A stretch of DNA of 64,000 nucleotides from Chrysomallon squamiferum (taxonomy: Eukaryota; Animalia; Mollusca). Made by a program: the position numbers and the translations under genes. Location of the stretch: positions 14,818,001 to 14,882,000 of the forward strand of contig CM022666.1 in NCBI GenBank assembly GCA_012295275.1. The letters are read 5' to 3'. Positions within the stretch are counted from its first letter, which is position 1; the number at the start of each line of letters is the position of its first letter. The notes under the pieces were generated by a model. It made no database searches and was not told the DNA's origin. It saw only the letters and a program-made list of their open reading frames with translations. Below, piece by piece: positions 14,066 to 27,796 of the stretch.

Positions 14066-15091
14066 AGACATTAACTGCTCATAGAAGAGAAGGTTCTATA
14101 GATGAACATGATCTTCTCTTGCCCTCCGTGAATCTCGTGCATCTGCAATTTTTATTTTATTTTTTTTCCCCGTTCTTTGCTCTCGTCCTCGTAGTACTGA
14201 CAAACTTGATGGATACAATCGGAGACATTTCTGACAACGTCACAAACTGTTTTACACTTTCACTTGCAAGATTAGGGCGACGCATTCCACTGTACTCTTA
14301 TTGTACAGATCCAAGGAGAGGAATCCGTGAACTGCCTTTTGAAGAAGTAACATATTTTAAGTGCATGTTCTAATAGGCTAGATGATAATAGCATTTAATG
14401 TAAATAATGTTTTATGTATTTTTAGTTGTCAGGTGATAACATATTCAACTTGCCTTTACATGTTCATATTTGTTATATGAGAAATGACGGTTCATATTTT
14501 ATGTAGTTGTTTTCATTGAGTAAGGTAAACTTTTATTCCTCAGATAGACATTGTTTTCATTTATAATACTGATATCTGCGTCAAATCCAAGAAGGATATC
14601 TGTGTTTTCTATTAATTGGCTTAAAGAAAGAAAATTAGATTTTCTGATCCTTAACACAATTCACAAAAAAAAAAAAATCAAAACAGAGGAAAACAAATTT
14701 AGCACAAAGCAATTGAAAGCGGTTTAATTATAGCTAATACTATTTTAATATTCTTAATAATATTAATAAAAAAAAAAAAAAAAATGTTCGGTCTAAGACC
14801 TTCCCACTATCACATGACCTGCATAACCAATCAAACCGACTATTTTGTTAATGTTGTTTCCTGTTTCTGAAAGTGAAAACAAAAGCATCTTTTGTAACTA
14901 GCGGTTGTTGAAAAAATGTTTTCTGGCATAATCTTATAGAAGCCAGATAGCAGCACTAAAAGGTCAAAATATACATATGTATATAAAAATATAAAAATCA
15001 ATTAATATTACGAAGGATACATATATATATATATATATATCGGTACGAAATATATAAAAATTAAGATTTTTTATTTGCGTGCTCTAGAATA

Positions 15092-15187
<96 letters not shown>

Positions 15188-15619
15188 TAGTATTTAGTCA
15201 CTGAATTAACATCTGATCGAGTGGCTGTTCTATCTTGATTATGCTGGCTGTCTAACAGGTGGACGTGTAACAAATGGGAGACAAGCTGATTATTATGCTG
15301 CAATTACCAGAAAACGCACACACACGTACACACAGACATATACACATTTACAAGCACAGTTGTTATGATGTATAAAGATAAACCATCTGTGTTTCCAGTT
15401 CAAACCAAATAAACCATCACAAAGATTTCAGCGCTATTTCCCATTCAAACCAAAGACGGTTGTATTTGCTTAATGTTACAATTACTAGGATCTACCTCCA
15501 TTCTTCAGTTCATTTACAAAACAAAACAAAAATTCTATCAAAATTATTTATAACAAAGTTGTGTTTATTCATTGTTAAATTAATTTCGTTGACAACATCA
15601 ACAGCAACAACAGTAACAA

Positions 15620-15672
<53 letters not shown>

Positions 15673-16048
15673 TAATGATAATAATTATAGTAATAATGAT
15701 GATGATATAACTACTATTACTACTACTACTACTACTAATAATAATGATAATGATAATAATGATGATAATAATCATGTGCGTAAACAAGAACTTTTAAGGG
15801 GCGGGGGGGTAAGATATGATGAAACCTGAAACTTACCTATGTCTTTACATTCAACATCAACAGCGGCCACTCCCTCGCCACATCTCAGTACTGAAAACAA
15901 CGTCGACACCGAAATCCAACTTTTACCTTTTACAAATGAATGAAATAATGTTTTAACATCACTTCCTAGTTCCCTATAAAATAATAGACATTGACGTAGA
16001 TAAATAAGTAAATAAGTAATTAAAAAAAAAAAAAAAAAAAAATAAATA

Positions 16049-16106
<58 letters not shown>

Positions 16107-16229
16107 TTAAAAAAATTAAAAATAATTAATAGTAATAAATAAATAAAATTAAAGAAACAACAAATAATAATAATAATAAAAGAAAAAAAGAAACAAGAAA
16201 CAAAAAGAAGGAAAGAAAATAAAATGTAA

Positions 16230-17102
16230 CGACCGAACAACCCCGAAGTTTTTCCGCCACTAATTAGCCCAGAATCTCGTCTCGTGCAAAACACGTGCAT
16301 TCTCGCCGTGGTTACTGGATTCCGCTACGACACGGACACGCAGCATCCAGGCAGAGTTGTCTCCTCCTCCTCCTCCCAGTGTTTTGTTTTCTTTCATTCG
16401 TATTTTCGCTCGGGAGAAGCGGCCACAGGTTTTGCGGCTCGAACCACGCTCTCGTTTTGTTTCAGGATTTAAACTCCGCCGATTGTCCGAGAGCAGCCGT
16501 CTCGTTTGCTAGCTCGGAGCTCGAGTGACGGACCTGTTAGTTGCTTCGCCTTGCAGATCAATAAGAAAATGCGGTGATACAGATTTGCACAACTTTCACT
16601 GGTGTGAAGAAAATTAACAGTATTTCCTATCTTAGCGAAAAGTTGAGAGTTTATCGATCAAACAGTTTTCGGGAATGGAAGTTTAGACTGCTCTTTTATT
16701 ATTTTATTTTATTTTATTTTTTATTTTTTTTTTTTTTTTTATTTTTCTTTTCCACAAAGGCAGCGATCTGTGAACAACTGGAATTTACGTTACTCGACCA
16801 TCCGAGCAATTCAGGAAACGGCGCCGTTGGATTTTCACTTATCTCAACAGATAGGCGAATTATTTCATACAATATTTATTCGAAATACCGCTACTTGTTG
16901 AATCAACGCGCTGAATCCGCCAGCTACAGCCAAGATGAACCGATTTAGAATCGGGCATGCGTAGTGCTCGCCTTTTCCGATCAAGATGGCGGTGTACAGC
17001 AGACAGTTTCTTGATACCAGCCGCTACGGATTGTTTTTCACTTGTCTACGATTTGAACATGCTGTCTAGAGGAGAAGAACTCGCTGTGAATAGCATGTGC
17101 CG
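16230..17102 (+). promoter_or_regulatory. Putative promoter / first 5' leader exon of the NALF-like gene
   Basis: CpG-rich non-repetitive sequence upstream of the CDS. It contains YY1-type CAAGATGGCGG at 16982-16992, GCATGCG (NRF1-type half site) at 16955-16961 and a candidate donor CG|GTAGGA at 17102/17103; alternative donors lie near 17188 and 17341. Confidence 0.5.
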
Positions 17103-17530
17103 GTAGGAACTACTTAAATATGTCACTTCAGACACGTGTGAAAGGAAAATGGGGATGAGAATAACTTGTTGCTTGCTGTTTGGATACGTAAGAATTTCTC
17201 AAAAGCTGTGAAATCAGGAATCTGCGCTGAAGAATTGTTTATTTTTATTTTTTTTTCAAAACAGGAATCTTTATATATATATATATATATTTTTTCTTTA
17301 TCTCTCTTTGGGGAAGTCGCTAAGTTATAGTAATGTGGTGGTAAGGTTGTTGTTTTTTTTTCTTTAAATTTTTTTTATAAATATATATAGCAAAAAAAGA
17401 AAAAGAAGAAGAAGAAGAAAGATAAATATTATATAGAGTAAGGAAAGAAAAGAGAGAAAAGCATATAGCGAGTAAAAGGTTAGAAAAGAAAAAAATATAG
17501 AGTAGGAAAACAAAAGAAAGAGAAGCATAT

Positions 17531-17726
17531 ATTTTGTTTTTCAGAAAAAGAAAGAGAAGGAAGGGTTCGTTGGAAATACTAAGTGTTGTTTCATTATCTC
17601 TCGTTGCTTTGTTGTTGTATTTTTTAAGTGAAGATTTTCATTCATGCGTGTGTTAAATACAGCAAGAAATTTGTTCATGAGCGTACACACCGTTAGGACG
17701 GGTTCTTTCAAACATCCTTATGAACT
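17531..17726 (+). other. Candidate splice acceptor (TTTTGTTTTTCAG, AG at 17543-17544) and 5' UTR portion of the coding exon
   Basis: Polypyrimidine tract plus CAG 182 nt upstream of the ATG, directly after a purine-rich low-complexity tract. Confidence 0.45.
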
Positions 17727-18251
17727 ATGAGATTAATTCTGGGGCATGGTGCCTCGTGTCTTCGTTGGTTCGGCACCGCGCTTGGTCATTTGCTACTACG
17801 GGCAGGAAAGCTCGACGCCTTTTCTTTCTTTGTCATGATTCTCATCGTCTCCGACCGCATCGTCACAACGTGGTCGGCAAAAACGTCCTGTTCGTCTGGA
17901 AGACAGTTCTTTGAGACGAATTCCTCGCAAAGACCCCAGTGCCTTGTTTTAACACGTGACCTCAGCAAAGACATATGTGGCAGGCAAATATCGGACAGGA
18001 TTACAATGACGCGTAAGGTCCGACTCAAATTCTGTTCCTCTTACACGTTGTATTCTGTTATCAGTGCTTCCGACACGAAACGCCCGTGCAATGTGAAAGG
18101 CTCGCGAAAAGACTGTCGCGAGTGTTTGGATAACCTACTTCTCGCCACCGACGAAACTGTGCAAGAAAACATCAACCATTTCCACGATCTCTTGGATCGG
18201 TTTGATTGTGACTATCAGTATTCTGTTAAATGGAAATGTACCGATTGCAAG
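17727..18251 (+). CDS. NALF1/FAM155-like: First coding exon (175 codons) of NALCN channel auxiliary factor (FAM155/NALF, NLF-1, Mid1-like); N-terminal hydrophobic segment plus first half of the cysteine-rich domain
   Basis: The only complex, non-repetitive long ORF. FFVMILIVSDRI resembles the FAM155 TM1 motif (FFTVLLSDHL). LKFCSSYTL...DCRECLD...DETVQE...FHDLLDRFDCDYQYSVKWKCTDCK aligns with the recalled FAM155A segment LSFCNSYTL...TCRQCVE...DHHAQE...FESVLHKY...EYSVKSCPEDCK. An in-frame TGA (17721-23) lies just upstream of the ATG, which has A at -3. The exon ends AAG|GTAAGT at 18251/18252, after which the ORF decays into (TTAT)n. Orthology to NALF1 versus NALF2 cannot be resolved. Confidence 0.93.
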
Positions 18252-18264
18252 GTAAGTCATCATT

Positions 18265-18295
<31 letters not shown>

Positions 18296-18395
18296 TTAAA
18301 AATATCTCTTGGAATATTTAATTTTTAAAATCCTCAATCTCATTCTTAATGTACCCGTTTTTTTTTCAAATTACTTTCTTTTTCATTATTGGTAC

Positions 18396-18428
<33 letters not shown>

Positions 18429-19694
18429 CCCGTTATTAGCTTTTCGAGCAACAGGTGGTGTTTCTGCTAATGACCCAGATACATAATAATTATCCCTCGT
18501 GACGAACACAGACTTTAATAGTCGGCAACAATCGTGTCTCGTAACAAACCGCTTGTCACATAGAAAGCACAGTTTTAGCACATGTGCAGTACGTATACTT
18601 TAACAATGAACATACTCCTGTATTAAATCCAGTTAGCTATCAGATGTGAAATAAAACAAAATATGCCTTCAGGTCAGTCGTGCATCTGCACTGCCAGATA
18701 TAGATATCATTATTAACGTATGTCAGTTATTATCGTTATTCGTGTACGTGTGTATTAAACTGGTTCACTTCGCCGTCATAGCAATAATAGTCAGCGGCAT
18801 GTGAATGTGTTCTTGTTATTGTTGCCTTTTGTTGTTATCTTGTTGAGTTTCACAGTTAGTAGAAACTTCAGACAAGAAGAAAAAAAATAAAGAAAAGAAA
18901 AGAGCACCTCCCCAAAACAAAAAAAAAAAAAAAAAATAATAATAATAATGTAAATAATGATAAAAAAAAAAAAAAAAGAAAATGGCCAGGTCTTTGAGTG
19001 TCACATAACAAGAGAGGAATTAATTAGTTTTTCTACAGCAAAATTACGACCATGTGTTAGTTATAATGATACCCTGCGAGACGAAATGTCAAATGTCACA
19101 GCCTCTCTCTCAGGCTCGGGTCCAGAATGGTCCAGAGGGAGGGTGGTGAGGATGGTGCGCTCTTACATCATGCAAATTAAATTAAAAAAATTTATGCTTT
19201 CGCTTCTTACATATTTTTCGAATTAGTAGCAAATTTTATGTAATTAAGAGAAGTTCAGAGACGAGAAAAAAAAAAAAAAATGTCGTCTGCAGTTTCCTGC
19301 TTCCCCTTTAGAAATTTTATTTGAAACAGTTAACAGTTACGTTAATTATATGAAATAATGTTGTTTCTGCTGGGTAAATTCCATGCTATTTATTTTTTTA
19401 TTTTTTTATTTTATTATTATTATTAGTATTAAACGTGATAAAAATTATTGTACTGTTTGCAAAAAAAAAAAAAATCCAGAAATAAATAATGGTTTTATTT
19501 ATATATTCTGCAATTGTGTATTTGCGCGTGTGTGTAACAGAAACATGCAAAAAAACAAAAAAAAAAATTAAAATTATTTTAATTATTTTATCTTGAGATA
19601 TCTATTTTAGTGAATTTTCGTATTTGTACACAGAAGTAAAAAATCAATCGTATGAATAAATGTTTTTAATCCACATTTAGTATCACGAATCATC

Positions 19695-19744
<50 letters not shown>

Positions 19745-20495
19745 TAATAACAACAATAATAATAGTAAACTGGTAATAAAAATAATTAAATAATACCTCT
19801 GTATTAATAATGATGATGATGACAACAGAAATGTTAACAATTATAACAGCAACAACAACGACAACAATAATACCGACAATAATAACAACAGTGTCAACAA
19901 CAACAACAGCAGCAGCAATAATAATGATAATAACACACGACTTCAAAGTATTGCAGCTTATTGAAAGTATACACCCGACAAATCTTTCTGTACATCCATC
20001 CGTCCGTGTGTTTCGAGATACGAGTACACAAAAAACAAAAAAAACTGTCATTTGTAAAATCATACGAACCACTGAACTTAAATGTCTGCAGTTTCAAAAA
20101 AAAAAAAAAAAAAACGATTTTCTTCCTTACTAGTATAGTAGCCTTGACCTTCCAAGCTTTCAGTAAACAAAAATGAAGAGATGTTTTTTTCTCTTTGTAA
20201 ATAAATTTACAGTTAACGAAGATTATATGAAATACTGCTTTCGTATAATTTTTTTTTTTCAATTTATTTCTTTTTATTTTTTTCTTAATGTTTAAATGGA
20301 AACATTTATTTCTTGGTATTTTTAATGGTTCCTGTTTGTTTGGGGTTGTTTTTTTGTTTGTTCAGTTTTCAAAATTCTTTCTCAAGAACGAAGAACAGAA
20401 CTCTACTTTATAATCATGAGTGCAACAGGATGTAGAAATGTTTTCTAAGTTTGATTTAATTAGTTTGTAAATTTATCCAAGTTTCTGTGTAATTA

Positions 20496-20565
<70 letters not shown>

Positions 20566-20829
20566 CGTAATGTTTAGATCGGATTCAGAAGTGAATTTGT
20601 AAATAATAAAGACAGAAGTATTTTTGTTGGATTCTTTGTTAATGTAGCAGCAACAGTAAATTACGTTATAGAAAGACATACATACATATACACATACGTG
20701 TGTGTTTGTATCTTTGTGTGTGTGAATATGTGAGTCAGTATACAGTCTGATGGATGAAGATTAATTGACAGTTAATAATAAATAAAAAATACACAATTTC
20801 CTCTGATCTCATTCAATCATTAGAGCTGC

Positions 20830-20888
<59 letters not shown>

Positions 20889-21479
20889 TGCCATGATTAA
20901 TAATTTGGCCTTCAGTGAAACTGATGTTAATAGCTCGGAATAGGCACGTGTTTGTTCATTTCAAATTGTTAACTGATGTTAAACAGCTGTTCATTCATCG
21001 ATTACCGAACTGCAACGAGAAACAGATGAATACTTACTACAGACAGGTAGTTTCTGTTTGTACACGTAACGCTGTATTAGTCCACGGTCTTCTGTTAATG
21101 TGGCGCAGCAACTGTTGAAAAACTGGACATTATTAATTTTGTTTCATTTTTTTTCAGTGCGTGTGCGTGTCTGGTTGGTGCGTGTGTGTGGCCGGTGTGT
21201 GCGTGTGTTGGGTGTGTGTGTGCGTGGGGCGGTTGTAGTTTTAATATTTTATAATTATTTTAATTCAAATTCTCACTCTCTGCTTTATCTGTGCTGACTC
21301 AGTTTTTTAGTGATTATTAATAAATTTGTGTGAATTTTGACATTTCTACCGTCTGTCTTTGCCATGACTGTTTCAACTACTACTACTATTACCATCGCTA
21401 CTGCTGTTGCTGTAACTGTTACTAATATTCCTACAACAACTACTACTTCTACTACTGTTGCTGCAACAGCTACCCTACC

Positions 21480-21557
<78 letters not shown>

Positions 21558-21924
21558 GGTTCCCGGATATCTAATTGTATTGTGTTTGTGTGTGCAACAA
21601 TGTAAGTCGAAATCTATCATGTTTCACCTATTCATTTATTGTCTTTTCATTTCCATATCTATACATTTCCATGGTAACCTATTTGTATCATAACAAGTTA
21701 TGTCAGTAAATTTGGAGAAGAATAGAGTAAAACCACGTCAAGGTGATTTTGGAACTGGAAAACAATTTGTTGATAAACTGCGAGTTTATTTGTTTATATA
21801 AATATATATTTATTTGTTTATAATTTTTCTTGATTAGCACCATATATTGAAATAATTACTGGTTATAGTTAGAAGGTAAAAAAGAATAAGTGAGTTTTCT
21901 TTTTTCGCTTCTTCTTCTATTTGT

Positions 21925-21996
<72 letters not shown>

Positions 21997-22219
21997 CACT
22001 ACCACTACTGTTGTTGTTGTTGTTGTTGTGTCACGGTCGTCATCATTACCAATATAAAATTATTCATAGATTTCATTTGTATAAAATAATCACGGATTAA
22101 ATAAATAAATAAATTGATGTCACGACATTGCTTGGCTTTTCGGCGTTATTATAACTGTCGTTGTTCTTTTGCCTCTTTTGATACTGATATCTGAAAAAAA
22201 AGAAAAGAAAAAAAAAGGC

Positions 22220-22610
22220 TTATGACGTTATGTTTTGATGACTATGACGTAACGACATTTTTAACATCATTCTCCGGAAACGAAACTTTAAAACAACCGA
22301 CGTCATGTGGCGACGACGGTTACGTCATAATGCCCTCGTAACGAATATGCTAATATCTCCAAACCGCGCCTGGCACGCGGACTATCACGACACGTCACCG
22401 AAACGTCACGGAAATGGCTCCGCGTGGTATTTCATATATTTATGTAACGTGCAACGTTTTAGTCCTCGGAGACCAGCTGCAGTCGTCTTGACAGGACAAA
22501 GAGACTCGCTGTGACGACGTGTGTAATCTGCATGTGGTAACAGTCTAATTACAAGCACACGGGAACCTGGAAGAATCATTTGACGTCGCTCACCCCGCTG
22601 TGCTGACGAT
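22220..22610. promoter_or_regulatory. Candidate intronic enhancer: homotypic cluster of CRE/ATF-type TGACG/CGTCA sites
   Basis: About nine TGACG/CGTCA cores in 400 bp of CpG-rich sequence, including ATGACGTAA (~22244) and TTACGTCAT (~22320). Confidence 0.4.
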
Positions 22611-22801
22611 GGACGTTGCTGCCCAGGCATCGGCCCACGTTATGCAAGACGCAATCAGCGGTAAAAGACGACGGAGATGGACTTTTTTTTTTTCTCTCTC
22701 TCTTTAATTGTAGTCTTACACTGTTAGTAAGATTATTATGTATTAGGACAGGAAATCTGGCTATAATTTCAGACACGATGTAAAAGAGAGAGAGAGAGAC
22801 A

Positions 22802-22871
<70 letters not shown>

Positions 22872-23927
22872 AAAACAGATAACAGAACGAGAGATACTGT
22901 TGTTACTAACAAAAGTTTTGCCAATAGCACCCAAACATAATCGCACTATCTAACTTACGTTTAGAAATATATATATTTAACTGAGAAAAATTCTCAACAA
23001 GGAAGAATAATTTCTTTTAAAAATGAGTACTATTTATTTCATTCTGAAACTCGGCAATATATTTTTATTTTATTTTATTTGTTTTTTTTTATTTGTTTTT
23101 TTTTTAGAAAGAATAGCTTCTAAAATGTTCTGTGCGTATCAGAATCTGACACGATCAAGTGCAGTGTAATTTAGGAAACGCATCTCTTAAATTGCACTCT
23201 TCTTTGAAAGAAAATACTGGGTTCTTTGCACGTCGATTCGGAGTCTTAAAAAAAAAGGAAAAAAAAAGTATTCCTCTTCCACCACCGCCTGCTTTGCTAA
23301 AACGTCAACAAGTTGGAAAGTGACAGACGTGATAGTTAAAGTCTGCTGGGGTCATCACTGTTTCGAGCTGGGAAGTCTCTCTCCTTTTCGGAATGGCCAA
23401 TATTTCTCGGAACTGACGGTGAATGATTAGTATGCATTGAAAGTGGAAATTCTCGATACTCCCGCAAATTGGTGTATTTGTCTGTCAAATGGAGTTTGAA
23501 GCGGCGCTCACGAGTCCGTGCAAAGGTTGGAAATGGCGAGGTTGCGCAATGGCACTTGTGTAGCTAATTCCACAACGGTGGCAATTATTTCTTTATTTTC
23601 GTCGAACGCTTTCAGTTTGATGGTCTCTGACATGCTCTTTTTTTTCTACGCTCCCGTCTCTCTGAATTCTGCGTAATCATTTGCTTCTTTGAAGTAATTT
23701 CAGAACCACGGACTCCTTCCTCTCGTTTTTTTTTTCTCTTTCACTTTTTTTTTTCTTTCTCTACTTTCTCTTTCACATTTTTCTTTCCCTACTTTCCTTT
23801 TTTATTTTTTCATTCTCTACTTTCTTTTTCACTTTTTCTTTCTCTTTTCTTTTACCTTCTCTCCTTTCTCAATGTTTCTTTCCTTCTTCTACGTCTTTTT
23901 TCTTTCCCCTTCTACAGTCTCTAAATC

Positions 23928-24029
<102 letters not shown>

Positions 24030-24278
24030 TTAACACAGTATTTTCTGCACACATAAAAAAGACATATAAAGCAGTGATCATTAAATACTTTGACCTCAGT
24101 TTAAATTTACTCAAGGGAATCTGTTGGAACAAACAATTTTACGATGTTGTCTTTCTTCTCAGTATCTCGTTCAGAAAATTCAAGACAAAGAATTTAAAAT
24201 GTCATTGAGAGAAATGTGAAAAATATCAAATTTTATTATCATAGAATATTCCATTGTCTGTTTTATTATATCATCATT

Positions 24279-24331
<53 letters not shown>

Positions 24332-25440
24332 TATTATTATTATTATTATTATTATTAAACTGAATACAATTTAAAATGTAAAAATTTTGCAATATCAGTA
24401 TTAGGAGAAATGTTTTAGTAAATCAAGAGAACTAGAATTTCAGAAGCATAGAATTATAAGAACAGAACTGGAAACTTACGTTTTTACATTAGCAGTTTAA
24501 ATACTTACTTTTAATTCTTTTCTTTTTGATAATGTTTGATGAAACATTAACAACGGTCTTTCTCAGAGATGTTCAAAGATCAAAGCGAATGAACAGTGAT
24601 TAAGTATAGTAAGTAGTAGTAAGTTGACGTTTGCTTTTTAAAACAGTTTAGTAGCAGGAAAGTTACTGGCGAAGTGCTTCCATATATATTGTGTTTTTGT
24701 TTTTGTTTTTTTGTTTATACTGCGGATTTAAACAATGGGAACTGTTTCCTATCTTGTTCAATAGCAATTCACAGAATATATCACATATCACATGAAAGTA
24801 ATAAATCGCAGATATCTCACGATGAATACACTTCATTTGATCAACCTAAGCTGTGTTCAGCTGGATTTAAACGAATGGCGGATTACACCTGTAATCATGC
24901 GCTCTGGTTACATCGTGTGAGTTAGTCAGAATTAGTAACTGTGTATTACTGCAATCCCACCACCACAGTTAGCGTCATTTTCACAGGTTTGAGTTTGTGA
25001 AAACTTTATTCTGTCAGAATGAGACGTAATTTGTTGTATTAACTGTTTATTAATAGCATTATGCTATTGACAGAAACGTGCTTTACGTTCTGCTTATTCT
25101 AATTCTCGTTACACCGAATCGGCTTCAATTAAAGATTTTCTTGTTTGTACGACGGAATCGACCTGGTACAATTTTAAAACGTTTTCAAATAGGAGACGAC
25201 CCTATTGATGACAGTGACCTTCAAAATTTGAGATCGATTCTTGGATTGGAACGAACTTCATCACAGTCTTAAGAACACTTTAATTTGAAAGGAAAACAAT
25301 TATTATTATTTTTTTTGTGTGTGTGTGTTTGTCTGATTCGGCTTAAAGCAAACACGTGAATAGCAATGCCAGTTATTTTCAGAGAACAAAACTCTTTTTA
25401 ACTTTTCTTCTGTTTTCTTTCTCCTTCCCCGCCCTCCCTC

Positions 25441-25530
<90 letters not shown>

Positions 25531-25632
25531 ATCTGTTTCTTATTCTATTTTTGTTTACAGCAGTTATTTCCTGCAGATAACTGAGTATATCAAAATGTCA
25601 AAACAAATCTCTTTATGAAAACTTATTATTTT

Positions 25633-25706
<74 letters not shown>

Positions 25707-25714
25707 CATCGTTT

Positions 25715-25779
<65 letters not shown>

Positions 25780-26104
25780 ATATTTCTAAATCGGGTCAGG
25801 CAGAACAAGATACTGGAAAAAGTGACCATGCTTATGAAGTTATTATTCAGCTGTCCAAAACACGAGCATTTGACAAATGTCATTCTCGCTACAAGCGTTA
25901 ATTGTTTCCATCGGTATAGAGCCCAATTATGAGCAATTATTGACATCCAGTTGGATCGTGCTCAGAGTTCAAACAGGGCAATCAGCGCCTGATAATGGAA
26001 CAGAGCGGACTCTGAAGTGGCGAACTTGTAAACTTTTACTATCTCCAGCAGTTTGCTTTTATATCTATATATATATTAAATCTTTCTTTCACAGGAAAGT
26101 TTCC

Positions 26105-26680
26105 TGTCTATTCAGAATTTTAACGCTGTTGATTATACCATTTTTTTTTTTATTTAGAATTTTAGCATTGCCTGTTTTCATGTTTCCACTCTATTTAGAA
26201 TCTTGACATTGTCCGTTTTCATGTTTTACTGTATTTAAAATTTTAACGTTGTCTGTTTTCAGGTTTTTATTATATTTAGGATTTTAACAGTGTCCGTTTT
26301 TATATTTTCATATATTTCGAATTTGAGCATTGTCCTTTTTCACATTTTTATCATATTTAACATTTTAACATTGCCCCTTTTCAGAACTGTGTTTAAAGTT
26401 TCAATATTTTTCCATTTTCTCGTTTTGTCTGTATTTACAATGTTAGCATTGTCGGTTTTCACATTTCCATTACATTTACAATATCAACACTATGAATTTT
26501 CACATTTTCTCTGTACTTACGATTTTTAGGACTGTTCGTTTTCGTGTTTCCATCAGTTTGAATTTTAGCATTCGTAGTTTTCACCTTTCCACTTTGCGTG
26601 TAGGCCTGTTTAGAATTTTAACAACACCCATAAAATATTATTGAAAACAAAATTGCCCTTGTATTTAGAATTTTTGAACC
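26105..26680. repeat. Degenerate ~40-41-bp minisatellite (TATTTAGAATTTTARCATTGTCYGTTTTCAYRTTT...)
   Basis: Unit starts at about 26151, 26192, 26232, 26273, 26313 and 26354, with further decayed copies. Confidence 0.85.
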
Positions 26681-27653
26681 GATCATTCCCAAATTTACAT
26701 ACAGTTCTAGAGTTATTATTTTTATAATATAATCATTTAGAATATCAGAACTGTTTATTTCGTTATTTAAAATTTCAAAATTAACATTCAGTTTATCTTG
26801 TCAGATTAACACATAATTTATTTACATTTCAATCATTTTCATTTTATCATCGTATTTTAAATAGCTTGGTTTGTGCTCTCTGAGATGTTATATTTATATG
26901 TTTAAAAACAGAAAGGAATTTTATCATTCTATTCGTGCATTTGTACATAGTTTATTTATTTCTTATTACAGCAACAATTCGTCATCTTCATTGTTCAACA
27001 AACTGTTCTTATTTTTTTTGTTTTAATTTTTTTTAATTTTTAATGTATTACATTTTTAAATTTTAAATTATTATTTTTCTTTATTATTATTTCTCGTGTT
27101 TATCCGTTTTTCCATTTCTCATATCTCTTAGACTTTTTTTTTTGTTGTTTAATTTCTGTTTCTGTTTCTTTCTTTATTTTTCTCTGTTGTTTTGTTTTCT
27201 GTTTTATTTTTATTTTATTTTTATTTATTTTTTTGTTTACATTCCTTTGATATCATTTATTAATTTTACATTTTGAAGATAATGCATTTTGGTATTTTTT
27301 TTAACGATTCATCTACGTGAGTTTCATCATCTGCGATGGGCTGTTACTCTCTTGATACTGAGATATACTTTTAAAAAAAAGAAAGTAGTCATCGATCCAA
27401 GCTATAAAGTAATCCTGTATTTGAACGGTCAATACGTGAAGTATTTGTAAAATTCTGTCATGCTTAAACAAGCTGCAATGCTAGTGTGTTTCATAACTTT
27501 TAAGTGGCTATAACAATATTGATTTATAAAACCCTTCAACGGGAAATGTTTCTGGCCAGCTCCGGGGGTCAGTTTAGCCAAGAGCCGTTTCTTTCCATCT
27601 GAGATAATTTTACATCATGCTTCATTGCTAGCGTGCGAAGCTGAGCGAAGTGG

Positions 27654-27796
<143 letters not shown>

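Noticed and set aside
17059-17082. MLSRGEEL resembles the GFP N-terminus (MVSKGEEL)
   Set aside because: The similarity does not extend further and is a chance match.
18252-18299. C-terminal VSHHFIYLFIYLFIY of the 190-aa ORF
   Set aside because: Read-through past the GTAAGT donor into an intronic (TTAT)n repeat.
20825-20892. Long poly(A) flanked by GCTGCC on both sides, suggesting a retro-insertion with TSD
   Set aside because: No element body, and the 6-bp match is too short to be significant.
23699-23719. TTCAGAACCACGGACTCC resembles the REST/RE1 element
   Set aside because: The right half-site (GGACAGCGCC) is broken, and canonical REST is not expected in the inferred invertebrate host; a single partial match.
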